A stretch of 40,771 bases of DNA from a virus (Duplodnaviria > Caudoviricetes). Position 1 is the first letter of the stretch; every line of letters starts with the position of its first letter. The translations under genes and the position numbers were made by a program. The stretch spans positions 1 to 40,771 of IMG/VR virus record IMGVR_UViG_3300044998_000126; one strand, given 5' to 3'. Below the pieces are notes generated by a model. The model searched no databases and was not told the origin of the DNA. It saw only the letters and a program-made list of their open reading frames with translations. Positions 1-8,550 of this stretch are shown here, in pieces.

Positions 1-1524
1 ATCGAGGCGCAGTACCGCAAGCCGGCCAAGGCCAAGATCATCGCCTCCGGCCCGCTGAAGGGGACGTTCTTCAACGAGCGCGACCAGGCGCTGATGCAGG
101 CGCTGGCGCAGTCGGGCGGCTCGATCATCGACAAGGTGGTCATGCGGGTGCACATGGCCGTGTTCACCGAGAGCCACATGCTGTCGATGGGGCCGAGCGT
201 GTTCCGGCACAACCGCTTCACGCTCACGCCGGTGTGGTGCTACCGCCGCGGCCGCGATCGCATGCCCTACGGCGTGATCCGCCGGGTGCGCGACATCCAG
301 CAGGATCTGAACAAGCGCGCCAGCAAGGCGCTGTTCCTGCTGAACACCAACCAGATCATCGCCGACGAGGGCGCGACCGACGACTGGAACCTGCTGCGCG
401 ACGAGGCGGACCGGCCGGACGGGCTCATCATCAAGAAGCAGGGCAAGGAGCTGTTGATCCGGCGCGACACGGACGCGGCCACCGGCCAGATCCAGATGAT
501 GACGCTGGACGCGCAGAGCATCCAGAAGTCGGCCGGCGTGAGTCAGGAGAACCTGGGCCGGCAGACCAATGCCGTCTCGGGCGAGGCGATCAAGGCCCGC
601 CAGCTTCAGGGTTCGGTCGTCACCACGGAGCCGTTCGACAACCTGCGCCTGGCGGTGCAGATCCATGGCGAGAAGCAGCTTTCCCTGGTCGAGCAGTTCT
701 ACACCGAGGAAAAGGTCGTGCGCCTGACGGGCGCCCGGGGCGCGATCGACTGGGTGAAGATCAACCAGCCAGAGCTCCAGGCGGACGGCTCGGTGCGCTT
801 CATCAACGACATCACGGCCAGCCAGGCCGATTTCATCGTGAGCGAGGCGGACTACGCCGGGACGATGCGTCAGGTGATGTTCGCCGCGCTCAACCAGCTG
901 GCCACACGCCTGCCGCCCGAGGTGTCGCTGCGGCTGATGACGATCGCCATGGACTTCTCGGACCTGCCGAACAAGGACGAGGTGGCCGACCAGATCCGCA
1001 AGCTGACGGGCGAGCGCGACCCGAACAAGCCGATGACGCCGGAAGAGGCCGCGCAAATGCAGCAGCAGATGCAGGCCCAGGCCGAGGCCCTTCAGATGCA
1101 GCGCCAGCAGGCCATGCAAGCCCTGGAAGAGCAGCAAGCCAAGATCCGCGAACTCAACGCCAAGGCCGCCAAGCTCGAGGCCGAGGCGCAGGCCGCCATG
1201 GCTGGCAGCGACGGTGGCCAGGCCGCCCAGCAAGCTCAGGCCGAAGTGCAGAGCGCAGTGATGCAGGTCCGCCAGCAGGCCAGCCAGGAAATCGAGCGCC
1301 TGTCTGAAGCCCTGCGTAAAGTGCAATCTGAACTGGCCAACCAGACCATGAAGATCCGCACGGACGCCGATGCCCGCCTCGAGGCCGCCCGTATCGACGC
1401 CGACGCCAAGGTGCGCGTGGCTGAGATTCAGGCCGCCAGCGACAAGAAGATCGAAGCCCTCCAGCAACGCCTTGACCGGCTGATGCAGCAACTGGAACCC
1501 AAGCAAGAAAGCAACAACGCATGA
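1..1524 (+). CDS. Portal protein (5'-truncated at window edge) with long C-terminal coiled coil
   Basis: Frame is open from base 1 (IEAQYRKP...). Motifs PYGVIRRVRDIQQDLNKRASK, LGRQTNAVSGEAIKARQLQG and EEKVVRLTG are typical of P22/N4-like podovirus portals. Q/A-rich helical tail; sits upstream of scaffold and capsid. Confidence 0.9.
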   Translation: MEAQYRKPAKAKIIASGPLKGTFFNERDQALMQALAQSGGSIIDKVVMRVHMAVFTESHMLSMGPSVFRHNRFTLTPVWCYRRGRDRMPYGVIRRVRDIQQDLNKRASKALFLLNTNQIIADEGATDDWNLLRDEADRPDGLIIKKQGKELLIRRDTDAATGQIQMMTLDAQSIQKSAGVSQENLGRQTNAVSGEAIKARQLQGSVVTTEPFDNLRLAVQIHGEKQLSLVEQFYTEEKVVRLTGARGAIDWVKINQPELQADGSVRFINDITASQADFIVSEADYAGTMRQVMFAALNQLATRLPPEVSLRLMTIAMDFSDLPNKDEVADQIRKLTGERDPNKPMTPEEAAQMQQQMQAQAEALQMQRQQAMQALEEQQAKIRELNAKAAKLEAEAQAAMAGSDGGQAAQQAQAEVQSAVMQVRQQASQEIERLSEALRKVQSELANQTMKIRTDADARLEAARIDADAKVRVAEIQAASDKKIEALQQRLDRLMQQLEPKQESNNA

Positions 1525-1892
1525 CCCACGATCGCGATTACACAGGGCCTGAGCGCCGCCGCGGAATCTTTGTCACCGACATCAGCGAGGCTCAGATCGC
1601 TTTGATGATCGAGGAAGAGGTGGGGCGACGCATGGATAATACCGAGCAAAAGCTGATGCTTCACATGGACACCAAGTTTGCGCAGCTTCACAAGCTGATC
1701 ACTGATGCATTCCCCGAGGGCGACCCGCACGGGCACCGCATGTACCACGAGAAGAGCATTCGCGATGCCGATGCCTGGTCCCGCATCAAGGGCGAAGTGC
1801 TGTCCAAGTTCCTCACATCAGGCCTGTGGGTGGCCGCTGGCTACCTGCTGTTCCTGATATGGAGCGCCATTAAAGAAGGAGTCCGTCAATGA
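1521..1892 (+). CDS. Putative lysis-associated membrane protein (one C-terminal TM helix; holin/antiholin-like)
   Basis: ATGA overlaps with portal and endolysin. Hydrophobic segment GLWVAAGYLLFLIWSAI; N-terminal YTGPERRR motif. Confidence 0.55.
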   Translation: MTHDRDYTGPERRRGIFVTDISEAQIALMIEEEVGRRMDNTEQKLMLHMDTKFAQLHKLITDAFPEGDPHGHRMYHEKSIRDADAWSRIKGEVLSKFLTSGLWVAAGYLLFLIWSAIKEGVRQ

Positions 1893-2440
1893 GTAAGTTC
1901 TATGAGTTCGTCAACAAGGTCATCAAGATCGAGGGCGGCTACGTCAACGATCCCAAGGACAGCGGCGGCGAAACCAACTGGGGCATCACGGTCGCCGTTG
2001 CCAGAGCCTTCGGCTACACCGGCCCCATGCGGGACATGACCCGCCAGCAGGCCGCAGAAATCTACAAGGCCCGTTTCTGGGACTCCATGCGCCTGGATGA
2101 CGTGGCCGCCGTCAGCCCGCAAATCGCCCTTGAGCTATTCGACTCCGGGGTGAACGTGGGCACCGGCCGCGCGGCCCAGTGGTTCCAGACCAGCCTCAAT
2201 GCCTTCAATCAGGAAGGCACCTGGTATCGGGACATCGCGGTCGATGGACGTATCGGCCCCATGACCCTGGCCGCCTTTCGTGAGTACATGACTCGCCGCG
2301 CCAGGATGCAGGGGGAGCTCGTCATGCTGCGTGCCCTCAACGCCCTGCAAGGCCACTTCTACGTGGACCTGTCGCAGCGCCGCCAGAAGGACGAGCGCTT
2401 CGTGTACGGCTGGATTCTCAACCGCGTGGAGATCGCATGA
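1889..2440 (+). CDS. Endolysin, glycoside hydrolase family 108 with C-terminal peptidoglycan-binding domain
   Basis: EGGYVNDPKDSGGETNWGIT catalytic motif; FDSGVNVG; VDGRIGPMTL; FVYGWILNRV. Confidence 0.93.
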   Translation: MSKFYEFVNKVIKIEGGYVNDPKDSGGETNWGITVAVARAFGYTGPMRDMTRQQAAEIYKARFWDSMRLDDVAAVSPQIALELFDSGVNVGTGRAAQWFQTSLNAFNQEGTWYRDIAVDGRIGPMTLAAFREYMTRRARMQGELVMLRALNALQGHFYVDLSQRRQKDERFVYGWILNRVEIA

Positions 2441-2640
2441 TCCGCCAGGCCATCGAGTCGGCCGGTGGCCGCCGCTTCCTGCTGGCGCTGTCCACCAACC
2501 TGATCACCGCTGTGCTGGTGCTGGCCGGCAAGGTTGGGGATGCCGTCTATGCCACCGTGATCATCGCCACGGTCGGGGCCTACATCGCGGGCAACACCGT
2601 TCAGAAGATCAGAGGCGGGCATGCTGACGATGTTGCTTAA
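2437..2640 (+). CDS. Putative holin
   Basis: 67 aa with two hydrophobic helices, between endolysin and spanins; ATGA overlap. Confidence 0.65.
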   Translation: MIRQAIESAGGRRFLLALSTNLITAVLVLAGKVGDAVYATVIIATVGAYIAGNTVQKIRGGHADDVA

Positions 2641-3184
2641 CCGACTGCCAGCCGCCATCGGGATCGCCCTTTCGGCTGTGCTTGTGTTGGTGTCAATCCA
2701 CCTCAAGTGGGAAAACGCTGGCCTGGAGCGCAGGCTGGCCCGCGCTGTCCTTGAGTTGAGCATGGATCGCCAGGAGTTCGCCAACGCCTACGCCCAAGCC
2801 AGCGAGTCTTACGCCCAGCTGGAAGCCCAGTTTCGCGCCACCGAACAGCGACTGCAAGCGCAGGCCGCCCAAGCCAGGAGAGAAAGAGATGCCCAAGTTG
2901 CTGCTGCCCGTCTTGCTGCTGACAGTCTTCGTGACCGGCTGCGCGTCTACACGGACGCCCCCATCGCTGCCGGTGATTACTCCCTCACTGCCTCAGCTGC
3001 CGCCGCTCGACCGTTTGCCCCCGGAAGTGTTGGAGCCATCATTCGTGACCAGGCTTCAGGAGCTGCTGGACGACTCATTGACGAAGCCGAGCGAGCCGAC
3101 ACCATCCGAGCCGCGCTGATGCAGTGCTACGCCGCGTATGACGCGGCGCGTGGCAAGCATGGCATCGTCACCGACGCTCATTGA
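2621..3184 (+). CDS. Rz-like inner-membrane spanin
   Basis: N-terminal TM helix, coiled coil, C-terminal ADTIRAALMQCYAAYD; contains an embedded lipoprotein ORF. Confidence 0.8.
   Translation: MLTMLLNRLPAAIGIALSAVLVLVSIHLKWENAGLERRLARAVLELSMDRQEFANAYAQASESYAQLEAQFRATEQRLQAQAAQARRERDAQVAAARLAADSLRDRLRVYTDAPIAAGDYSLTASAAAARPFAPGSVGAIIRDQASGAAGRLIDEAERADTIRAALMQCYAAYDAARGKHGIVTDAH
2889..3119 (+). CDS. Rz1-like outer-membrane spanin lipoprotein embedded in Rz (+1 frame)
   Basis: Signal peptide with lipobox VTGC, Pro-rich mature region, fully nested in the i-spanin gene. Confidence 0.85.
   Translation: MPKLLLPVLLLTVFVTGCASTRTPPSLPVITPSLPQLPPLDRLPPEVLEPSFVTRLQELLDDSLTKPSEPTPSEPR
3149..3164 (+). 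promoter_or_regulatory. 16-bp motif CGTGGCAAGCATGGCA, copy 1 (putative late promoter/activator site)
   Basis: Exact match to copies at 4681, 15676 and 18820; 41 nt upstream of ATG 3206. Confidence 0.65.
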
Positions 3185-3205
3185 CTTCCTTTTCTGGAGT
3201 ACCCC

Positions 3206-3388
3206 ATGGCCACCAAACGCTTAAAAGCCGTCGCAATCAAACCCGATGAAGAGTGGATGTGCGAACGCGACTGTCACACGCTGATGGAGGCCGAGAAGAT
3301 CAAGGCCGACCCGAAGCGGCACGAGAAGGCCAAAGCCTACGCCAAGAAAAAGATGATGGAGGCCGCAACCGTGGCCACCGACGACTGA
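3206..3388 (+). CDS. Small hypothetical protein (head module)
   Basis: RBS GGAG upstream, phage-like codon usage, downstream of motif copy 1. Confidence 0.75.
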   Translation: MATKRLKAVAIKPDEEWMCERDCHTLMEAEKIKADPKRHEKAKAYAKKKMMEAATVATDD

Positions 3389-3429
3389 TTCCCCCCCCCT
3401 GTTCCCTCAACCAACTAGGAGAAGCGCGC

Positions 3430-4338
3430 ATGAGTACGCTCGACGCCGACGCACTGGCAACCCTGACCCCCGAAGAACGCGAAGCCATCGAAGGCTCCGA
3501 ACACAGCGAGGCCGATCTGGAGGCGCTGAAGAAGATTGCCGGCGATGCCGACGATGATTCTGACGCCGATGATTCGGACAATGACGAGGAAGAGGGTGAC
3601 GAAGAGGCCCCGCCCGCTGAAGGAAAGACCGCCGCGGAGCCCGAGGCCGAAAAGCCAGCCGATCCCCCGGCAGTCCAGCCCGAGCCTGCCGCCCCGCGCT
3701 ACGAGGCCAAGCTGCCCAGCGACTACGACGACCAGATCAAATCCCTGAAGGACCGTGACGCCGAGTTGCGCCAGCGGTTCAAGGATGGCGAGATCGACAT
3801 CGATGAGCGTGACGCCGGCCTGGCGGAACTGGCCGAGCAGCGCGAGCAGTTGCTGGTGCTTCGCGCCAAGGCTGAGATCAGCCAGGAAATGAACCAGCAG
3901 TCGGCCGCCCAGCAGTGGCAGAACGCGGTCAACAAAGCGCTCAACGACTTTGCCAAGCCCGAGCAGGGCGGCATCGATTACCGCCAAGACACCGACAAGC
4001 AGGCCGACCTCGACCAGTTCGTCAAGCTGCTGGCGAACAAGTCGGAAAACGCCGACAAGTCCATGGAGTGGTTCTTGCAAGAAGCGCACAAGCGCGTGCT
4101 GGCCCTGCATGGCGTGGCGCCCGTGCCCAAGAAGGAAACGGTGGCCGAGGCGATCGCCAAGCGCAAGCCCCCGGTGGATGCGGCGCCCAAGACGCTCGCC
4201 CAGGTGCCAGGCTCTGACGGCCCTGGTGATGTGGGCAGCGAGTTTGCCGACATCGAGGCGCTGGAAGGCATGGAGTACGAGGACGCCATTGCGCGCATGT
4301 CACCCAGTCAGCGCGAGAAGTTTCTGCGGGGTCGCTGA
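3430..4338 (+). CDS. Capsid scaffolding protein (start at ATG 3430 rather than 3253)
   Basis: AGGAG RBS before 3430; acidic disordered N-terminus, coiled coil, C-terminal helix pair (EGMEYEDAIARMSPSQREKFL); precedes capsid. Confidence 0.8.
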   Translation: MSTLDADALATLTPEEREAIEGSEHSEADLEALKKIAGDADDDSDADDSDNDEEEGDEEAPPAEGKTAAEPEAEKPADPPAVQPEPAAPRYEAKLPSDYDDQIKSLKDRDAELRQRFKDGEIDIDERDAGLAELAEQREQLLVLRAKAEISQEMNQQSAAQQWQNAVNKALNDFAKPEQGGIDYRQDTDKQADLDQFVKLLANKSENADKSMEWFLQEAHKRVLALHGVAPVPKKETVAEAIAKRKPPVDAAPKTLAQVPGSDGPGDVGSEFADIEALEGMEYEDAIARMSPSQREKFLRGR

Positions 4339-4550
4339 TGACGAAAGCCACCAGACTGTCTGGCCTGGTGATGGATATGCGCCAGGGTGATGTCGTCACC
4401 CTGGGGCACAACATCAAGATCCATTTTCTGGAAAAGAGCGGGCGCATCACCCGTGTGCGTATCGCTGCTCCCCTTGATGTGAAGATCCGCAGAGAGTCTG
4501 AAAAAGGCGAGGAATGTCAATATGCAACAGATCACACTGGCCTGCGGTAA
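4338..4550 (+). CDS. csrA: CsrA/RsmA-like RNA-binding translational regulator
   Basis: LVMDMRQGDVVTLGHNIKIHFLEKSGRITRVRIAAPLDVKIRRES aligns by eye with CsrA ([45 protein letters not shown]), including the AP..V...RE motif and the R44 equivalent. Confidence 0.75.
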   Translation: MTKATRLSGLVMDMRQGDVVTLGHNIKIHFLEKSGRITRVRIAAPLDVKIRRESEKGEECQYATDHTGLR

Positions 4551-4680
4551 CTCCATTCTTGTCGATGACGGATGTGAGTTTGGTTGAGCGCTACAAGCGG
4601 CGTTTGCGTACGACATGGCCAGCCTTGATGTGCACGGCGATCTCGGCCGCAGAAACTTTTTGCCATTGGTTCAATAGCTT

Positions 4681-4717
4681 CGTGGCAAGCATGGCAGATT
4701 TCGTGGCAAGCATGAAA
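4681..4717 (+). promoter_or_regulatory. Tandem pair of the 16-bp motif (4681-4696 exact; 4702-4717 CGTGGCAAGCATGAAA), 21-bp period
   Basis: Seen directly; intergenic, upstream of the capsid leader. Confidence 0.65.
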
Positions 4718-4758
4718 TCATGCCCAACAGGTCGAAAGATCGACCGCTTTGTGTAACT

Positions 4759-4821
4759 GAGCGCAGGAGGTGCTCTTTCGGGCAACAGTGCCCAAAGGAG
4801 AACCATCATAGCCAGGACTAT
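4759..4821 (+). promoter_or_regulatory. Structured capsid 5' leader with GGA-loop hairpins (candidate CsrA sites) and RBS AAGGAG 4795-4800
   Basis: GAGCGC-AGGAG-GTGCTC (4759-4775), GGGCA-ACAG-TGCCC (4780-4793), ATAG-CCAGGA-CTAT (4808-4821). Confidence 0.55.
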
Positions 4822-5920
4822 TGTGGGCGTTAACGACGCCAAGGCAGTGAAAAAGTGGGCAGGCCTTCTTGCTTACGACACAAGCCAAAAATCCTATTTC
4901 AATCAGCGCTTCATGAAGCGCGGCGCCGAGGCTGAAGTGCCCATCCAGATTCTTACCGATCTGGAATCGGACGCTGGAGAGCAGATCAGCTACGACCTGC
5001 TGGCTGAGCTCAAGATGGCCCCCGTCGAGGGCGAGGACATCCTGGAGGGCAAGGAAGAAGGCCAGAGGTTCTACACCGACCAGATCTACATCGATCAGGC
5101 TCGTTGTGGCGTGAACACGGGCGGCCGGATGACGCGCAAGCGCACCCTGCACGATCTGCGCGAGAAGGCCAAGCGCCAGCAATCCAGCTGGTGGGCCCGC
5201 CTGATGGATGAACTGCTGTTCATCTACCTGTCTGGTGCCCGTGGCGTCAATGCCAACTTCCTGCTGCCGCAGAACTACACCGGCCGCGCGAACAACGGCC
5301 TGGTAACGCCTGATGCTGCTCATACCCTGTATGGCGGCGATGCCACTCAGTTCAACAACCTGGACAGCGCTGACCGTTTCGATCTGCGCCTGATCGACCG
5401 CGCCAAGACCAAGGCCGACAGCCAGGGCGGCGGTGCCACCGATATTCCAGTGCTTCAGCCCTGCAAGATCGACGGCAACGAAACCTTCGTGTGCGTGATG
5501 CACACGTTCCAGGAAGACGACCTGCGCAGCAACACCCAGACGGGCCAGTGGCTGGACATCCAGAAGGCCGCTGCCGGTGCCGAGGGTCGCAACAACCCGC
5601 TGTTCAAGGGCTCGCTGGGCATGTACCGCGGCGTGATCCTGCACAGCCACCGCAACGTGATCCGCTTCAACAACGCCGGTGCCGGCACTGTGGAAGCTGC
5701 ACGCGCCCTGTTCATGGGCTCCCAGGCTGCCGTGGTCGCCTTCGGTTCGCCGGGCACCAACCTGCGCTTCGATTGGCACGAGGAAACCCGTGACAACGGC
5801 GACAAGGTGGTGATCTCCACATCGTCCATCTTCGGTATCAAGAAGGTGACGTTCACCACCCCCGCAGGCCCGCAGGACTTCGGCGTGTTCTCCCTGGACA
5901 CCGCCGCAGCCTCGCGCTGA
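4808..5920 (+). CDS. Major capsid protein, N4-gp56 family (start at ATA 4808 or GTG 4823)
   Basis: Motifs LTDLESDAGEQISYDL, LEGKEEGQRFYTDQIYIDQAR, RNNPLFKGSLGMYRGVILH, RALFMGSQA, WHEETRDNG, DFGVFSLDT. Confidence 0.93.
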   Translation: MARTIVGVNDAKAVKKWAGLLAYDTSQKSYFNQRFMKRGAEAEVPIQILTDLESDAGEQISYDLLAELKMAPVEGEDILEGKEEGQRFYTDQIYIDQARCGVNTGGRMTRKRTLHDLREKAKRQQSSWWARLMDELLFIYLSGARGVNANFLLPQNYTGRANNGLVTPDAAHTLYGGDATQFNNLDSADRFDLRLIDRAKTKADSQGGGATDIPVLQPCKIDGNETFVCVMHTFQEDDLRSNTQTGQWLDIQKAAAGAEGRNNPLFKGSLGMYRGVILHSHRNVIRFNNAGAGTVEAARALFMGSQAAVVAFGSPGTNLRFDWHEETRDNGDKVVISTSSIFGIKKVTFTTPAGPQDFGVFSLDTAAASR

Positions 5921-5949
5921 TCTTTGGCCAATGAATCAGGAGAACTGAC

Positions 5950-6396
5950 ATGCCTTTTGCAAATTCCAATGACCGCCTGACTGGTCGCAAGCCGACCTTG
6001 TTCCCGGCTGGCGGTGAAGTGGTTGCCCAGCGTGACGCGATCGCGCTGGTCGCCAGCGACCTGGACGCCAACGATGCAGGCTCCGTGACCATCCTTCCGG
6101 CTGGTTGCGAACTGGTGGGCATCACCTACGACTCGGACGACCTGGACACCAACGCCAGCCCGACGATCACGGCTCAGGTGGGCATCATGAACGCGGCCGA
6201 TACCGATCTGGCCACGGTCCTGGTTTCCAACATCACAGCCAGCCGCGACGGCACTGCCGTGCACCTGGTCACGACCCCGATGCTTCGCCTGGCCGCCAGC
6301 CAGGAGGACCGCCGCATCGGCGTGAAGTTCACCGCAGCCTCTGCCACCAAGGCAACCGGCTCGGTGGGCCTGACGCTGCATCTGCGCGCCGCCTGA
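5950..6396 (+). CDS. Virion protein, probable capsid decoration/cement protein
   Basis: AGGAG RBS, directly after capsid and before a terminator; beta-rich with LPAG..LV...DDLDT motif. Confidence 0.65.
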   Translation: MPFANSNDRLTGRKPTLFPAGGEVVAQRDAIALVASDLDANDAGSVTILPAGCELVGITYDSDDLDTNASPTITAQVGIMNAADTDLATVLVSNITASRDGTAVHLVTTPMLRLAASQEDRRIGVKFTAASATKATGSVGLTLHLRAA

Positions 6397-6436
6397 GCGT
6401 AATCCGTTGTCTCCTGGGTGTTCAAAAACACCCTTG

Positions 6437-6469
6437 AAGGGCGGCGGGAAACTGCCGCCCTTATTTTTT
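6437..6469 (+). terminator. Rho-independent terminator after capsid/decoration genes
   Basis: AAGGGCGGCGG-GAAA-CTGCCGCCCTT stem-loop followed by ATTTTTT; preceded by a second hairpin GGGTGTT-CAAA-AACACCC (6416-6433). Confidence 0.9.
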
Positions 6470-6479
6470 GGAGTAGAGC

Positions 6480-6818
6480 ATGAAGCTGCAAACCTCGATC
6501 AAGCCGCGCCGCGATGGCACGGTTCGCGCCCAGGGGCTCGATGGTGTCACTTATGTATTCACCCCTGGTGAAGATGGCGAGTTGACTGCCGATGTCACGG
6601 ACGAGGCAACCGTCGCGTTCTTGTTGCGCACACAGAACTTTTGGCCGGCCGACCCAGAGGATGCCGAGCGCGCCATGGATCTGGTCAAGTCGAACGAGTC
6701 TGACGGTGAAGACGGTGAAGACGAGTCGGAAGATGAGGATGACGAGCCCTCAGTGGATGCGTTGCCTGTCGAGGCCAACACGCCGCCTGCACCTAAGCGC
6801 GCCCGCAAGGCGAAGTGA
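6480..6818 (+). CDS. Hypothetical protein with acidic/basic tail
   Basis: GGAG RBS; colinear with the structural operon. Confidence 0.75.
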   Translation: MKLQTSIKPRRDGTVRAQGLDGVTYVFTPGEDGELTADVTDEATVAFLLRTQNFWPADPEDAERAMDLVKSNESDGEDGEDESEDEDDEPSVDALPVEANTPPAPKRARKAK

Positions 6819-6826
6819 GGTAGCCA

Positions 6827-7447
6827 GTGGCCGCCTGGGACTTCTGGTTTTCTCGCGTGAAGCTGCACGCGCCTGATGCACCTGATCCACTGGTGACGCA
6901 GGCGCTGATTGATGCTTCGCGTGAGTTCTTCCAGCGCACGCGCGCTTGGATGGAGTGGTTGGACCCGGCCACCTCCAAAGCAGGCGCCAGCGTTGAGTAC
7001 GACTTCGATCTACCTTCCCAGACGGAACTGGTGCGAATTGAGCGGGCTACGCGCAATGGCAACCCGCTGGTTGTGCAGTCGTACCGCCAGAAGCAGCGCG
7101 ACTGGAGCCGCGATCAGGGAGACGCCCAGACCCTGGTGTCTCGCGACATGCTCAGCTTTGTGCTGACCGGCAATTTCCCGGTGGGCGACGAGATCCAGGT
7201 CCAGGTGTCGCTGATGCCATCGCTTCGGGCGGCCGGGATTCCCGACTACCTGGCGACTCGCTACCTGATCCCGATCGCAGAAGGCGCCAAGGCGATTGTG
7301 CTGATGACGCCGGATGTCCCTTACACCAGACCAGACATGGCGGCCGTGTCCATGGCCAAGTTTGAAGAGGCCATCGGTTGCTTTTCGTTGAGCGCTTACC
7401 GCGGGCACACCAACCAGGTGCCCCGCGCTTCTGTGAAGTGGTGTTGA
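6827..7447 (+). CDS. Head-tail adaptor-like virion protein
   Basis: GAGG RBS with GTG start; APDAPDPLVTQALIDASREFFQRTRAW N-terminus and IAEGAKAIVL motif resemble podovirus adaptors. Confidence 0.65.
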   Translation: MAAWDFWFSRVKLHAPDAPDPLVTQALIDASREFFQRTRAWMEWLDPATSKAGASVEYDFDLPSQTELVRIERATRNGNPLVVQSYRQKQRDWSRDQGDAQTLVSRDMLSFVLTGNFPVGDEIQVQVSLMPSLRAAGIPDYLATRYLIPIAEGAKAIVLMTPDVPYTRPDMAAVSMAKFEEAIGCFSLSAYRGHTNQVPRASVKWC

Positions 7448-7448
7448 C

Positions 7449-8105
7449 ATGCCGATTTCCGCTCAATCGATCATCAGGATTGCCCACGAAACCCTGCACG
7501 ATGTGGATGGTGTTCGCTGGCCAGCGTTTGAACTGGTGCGCTATCTGAATATCGGGCAGCGCGAGATCGTTCGCTTGCGGCCTGATCAGAAGTGCACCAC
7601 GGCGCCCGTTCCACTGGTCCCCGGCCACCGCCAGCAGTTGCCGGCCGTTGCCATGGCGCTGATGGACATCCCCAACAACGCCACCGGTCGCAAGCGCCGC
7701 ATCACCAAGGTCGATGTGCTGCAACTCGATGCAGTGTCGCCCGACTGGCGTAGCCGCCCAGGCGCCACGGAAATCGCGCACTTCATGCATGACTTGCGTG
7801 AGCCGCGCACCTTCGATGTCTTCCCGCCTGCCGCGTCTGGCGCCCAGGTGGACATGAGCTATTCGCTCTACCCGGTGGATGTTCCCGTGCCCGTGGATGG
7901 CTTCGCGGCTTCCAGCGTGAGCGGGAATATCGACTTACCTGATCACTGGGAGTCCGCGCTTCTGGATTACGTGCTGTTTCGTGCGTACTCCAAGGATGTG
8001 GAATTCGGTGGCAACGCTCAGATGGCCTCGAGCTATCTGGGGATGTTCAACGCGGCCGTCGGGTCGCAGCTTCAATCCACGGCGCTTGTCGCCCCGAAAA
8101 ACTGA
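7449..8105 (+). CDS. Second adaptor-like virion protein (DUF6682-like)
   Basis: RWPAFELVRYLNIGQREIV...FDVFPP...ALLDYVLFRAYSKD motifs. Confidence 0.7.
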   Translation: MPISAQSIIRIAHETLHDVDGVRWPAFELVRYLNIGQREIVRLRPDQKCTTAPVPLVPGHRQQLPAVAMALMDIPNNATGRKRRITKVDVLQLDAVSPDWRSRPGATEIAHFMHDLREPRTFDVFPPAASGAQVDMSYSLYPVDVPVPVDGFAASSVSGNIDLPDHWESALLDYVLFRAYSKDVEFGGNAQMASSYLGMFNAAVGSQLQSTALVAPKN

Positions 8106-8116
8106 CGGAGTAAACC

Positions 8117-8545
8117 ATGTCCAAGAGCGACACCTTTGAAAACCAGCTGCTGCAACTGATCTTCAACGGCACAGCCATCCCCAACCTGGCTCAGAACGGC
8201 ACTTCGCCACTGACGCAGCTGTTCGTGGCCCTGCACACCGCCGACCCTGGCGAGGGTGGCAACCAGTCCACGAGTGAGGTGAGCTACACCGGCTATGCGC
8301 GGGTAGGCGTGGCTCGCACGGCGGGCGGCTGGGTGGTGACTGGCAACTCGGTGAGCCCCGCGAACAACATCGAGTTTGGGGAAATGACGGCTGGCACTGC
8401 TGGCACGGCCACGCACGCCTCGATCGGCACAGCGGCCTCTGGCGCAGGCACCATCCTGTACCGCGGCGCCCTATCTCCCTCGGTGGTGTTCAACGTCGGT
8501 GTGATCCCCCGCATCCGCAACACCAGCACGATCACTGAGGAGTAA
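8117..8545 (+). CDS. Virion structural / tail-fibre-associated protein
   Basis: GGAG RBS; LFVALHTADPGE...EVSYTGYARV motif common in phage structural proteins. Confidence 0.7.
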   Translation: MSKSDTFENQLLQLIFNGTAIPNLAQNGTSPLTQLFVALHTADPGEGGNQSTSEVSYTGYARVGVARTAGGWVVTGNSVSPANNIEFGEMTAGTAGTATHASIGTAASGAGTILYRGALSPSVVFNVGVIPRIRNTSTITEE

Positions 8546-8550
8546 TCCTC

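Noticed and set aside
234-1307. 357-aa alternative-frame ORF in the portal gene
   Set aside because: R/G/P/A-rich shadow composition; the portal frame keeps normal codon usage.
3149-3164. 16-bp motif as a sigma54 promoter
   Set aside because: Contains TGGCA, but GG-to-GC spacing is 8 rather than 10, and no copy has a correctly placed -12 TTGC.
3391-3399. C9 homopolymer as a frameshift or phase-variation site
   Set aside because: Lies after the 3388 stop and upstream of the scaffold RBS, so a length change would not alter either likely reading frame.
4514-4842. Small ORFs on either strand between csrA and capsid
   Set aside because: They overlap the motif pair and the structured leader and have no recognisable protein features; the region is better explained as regulatory.
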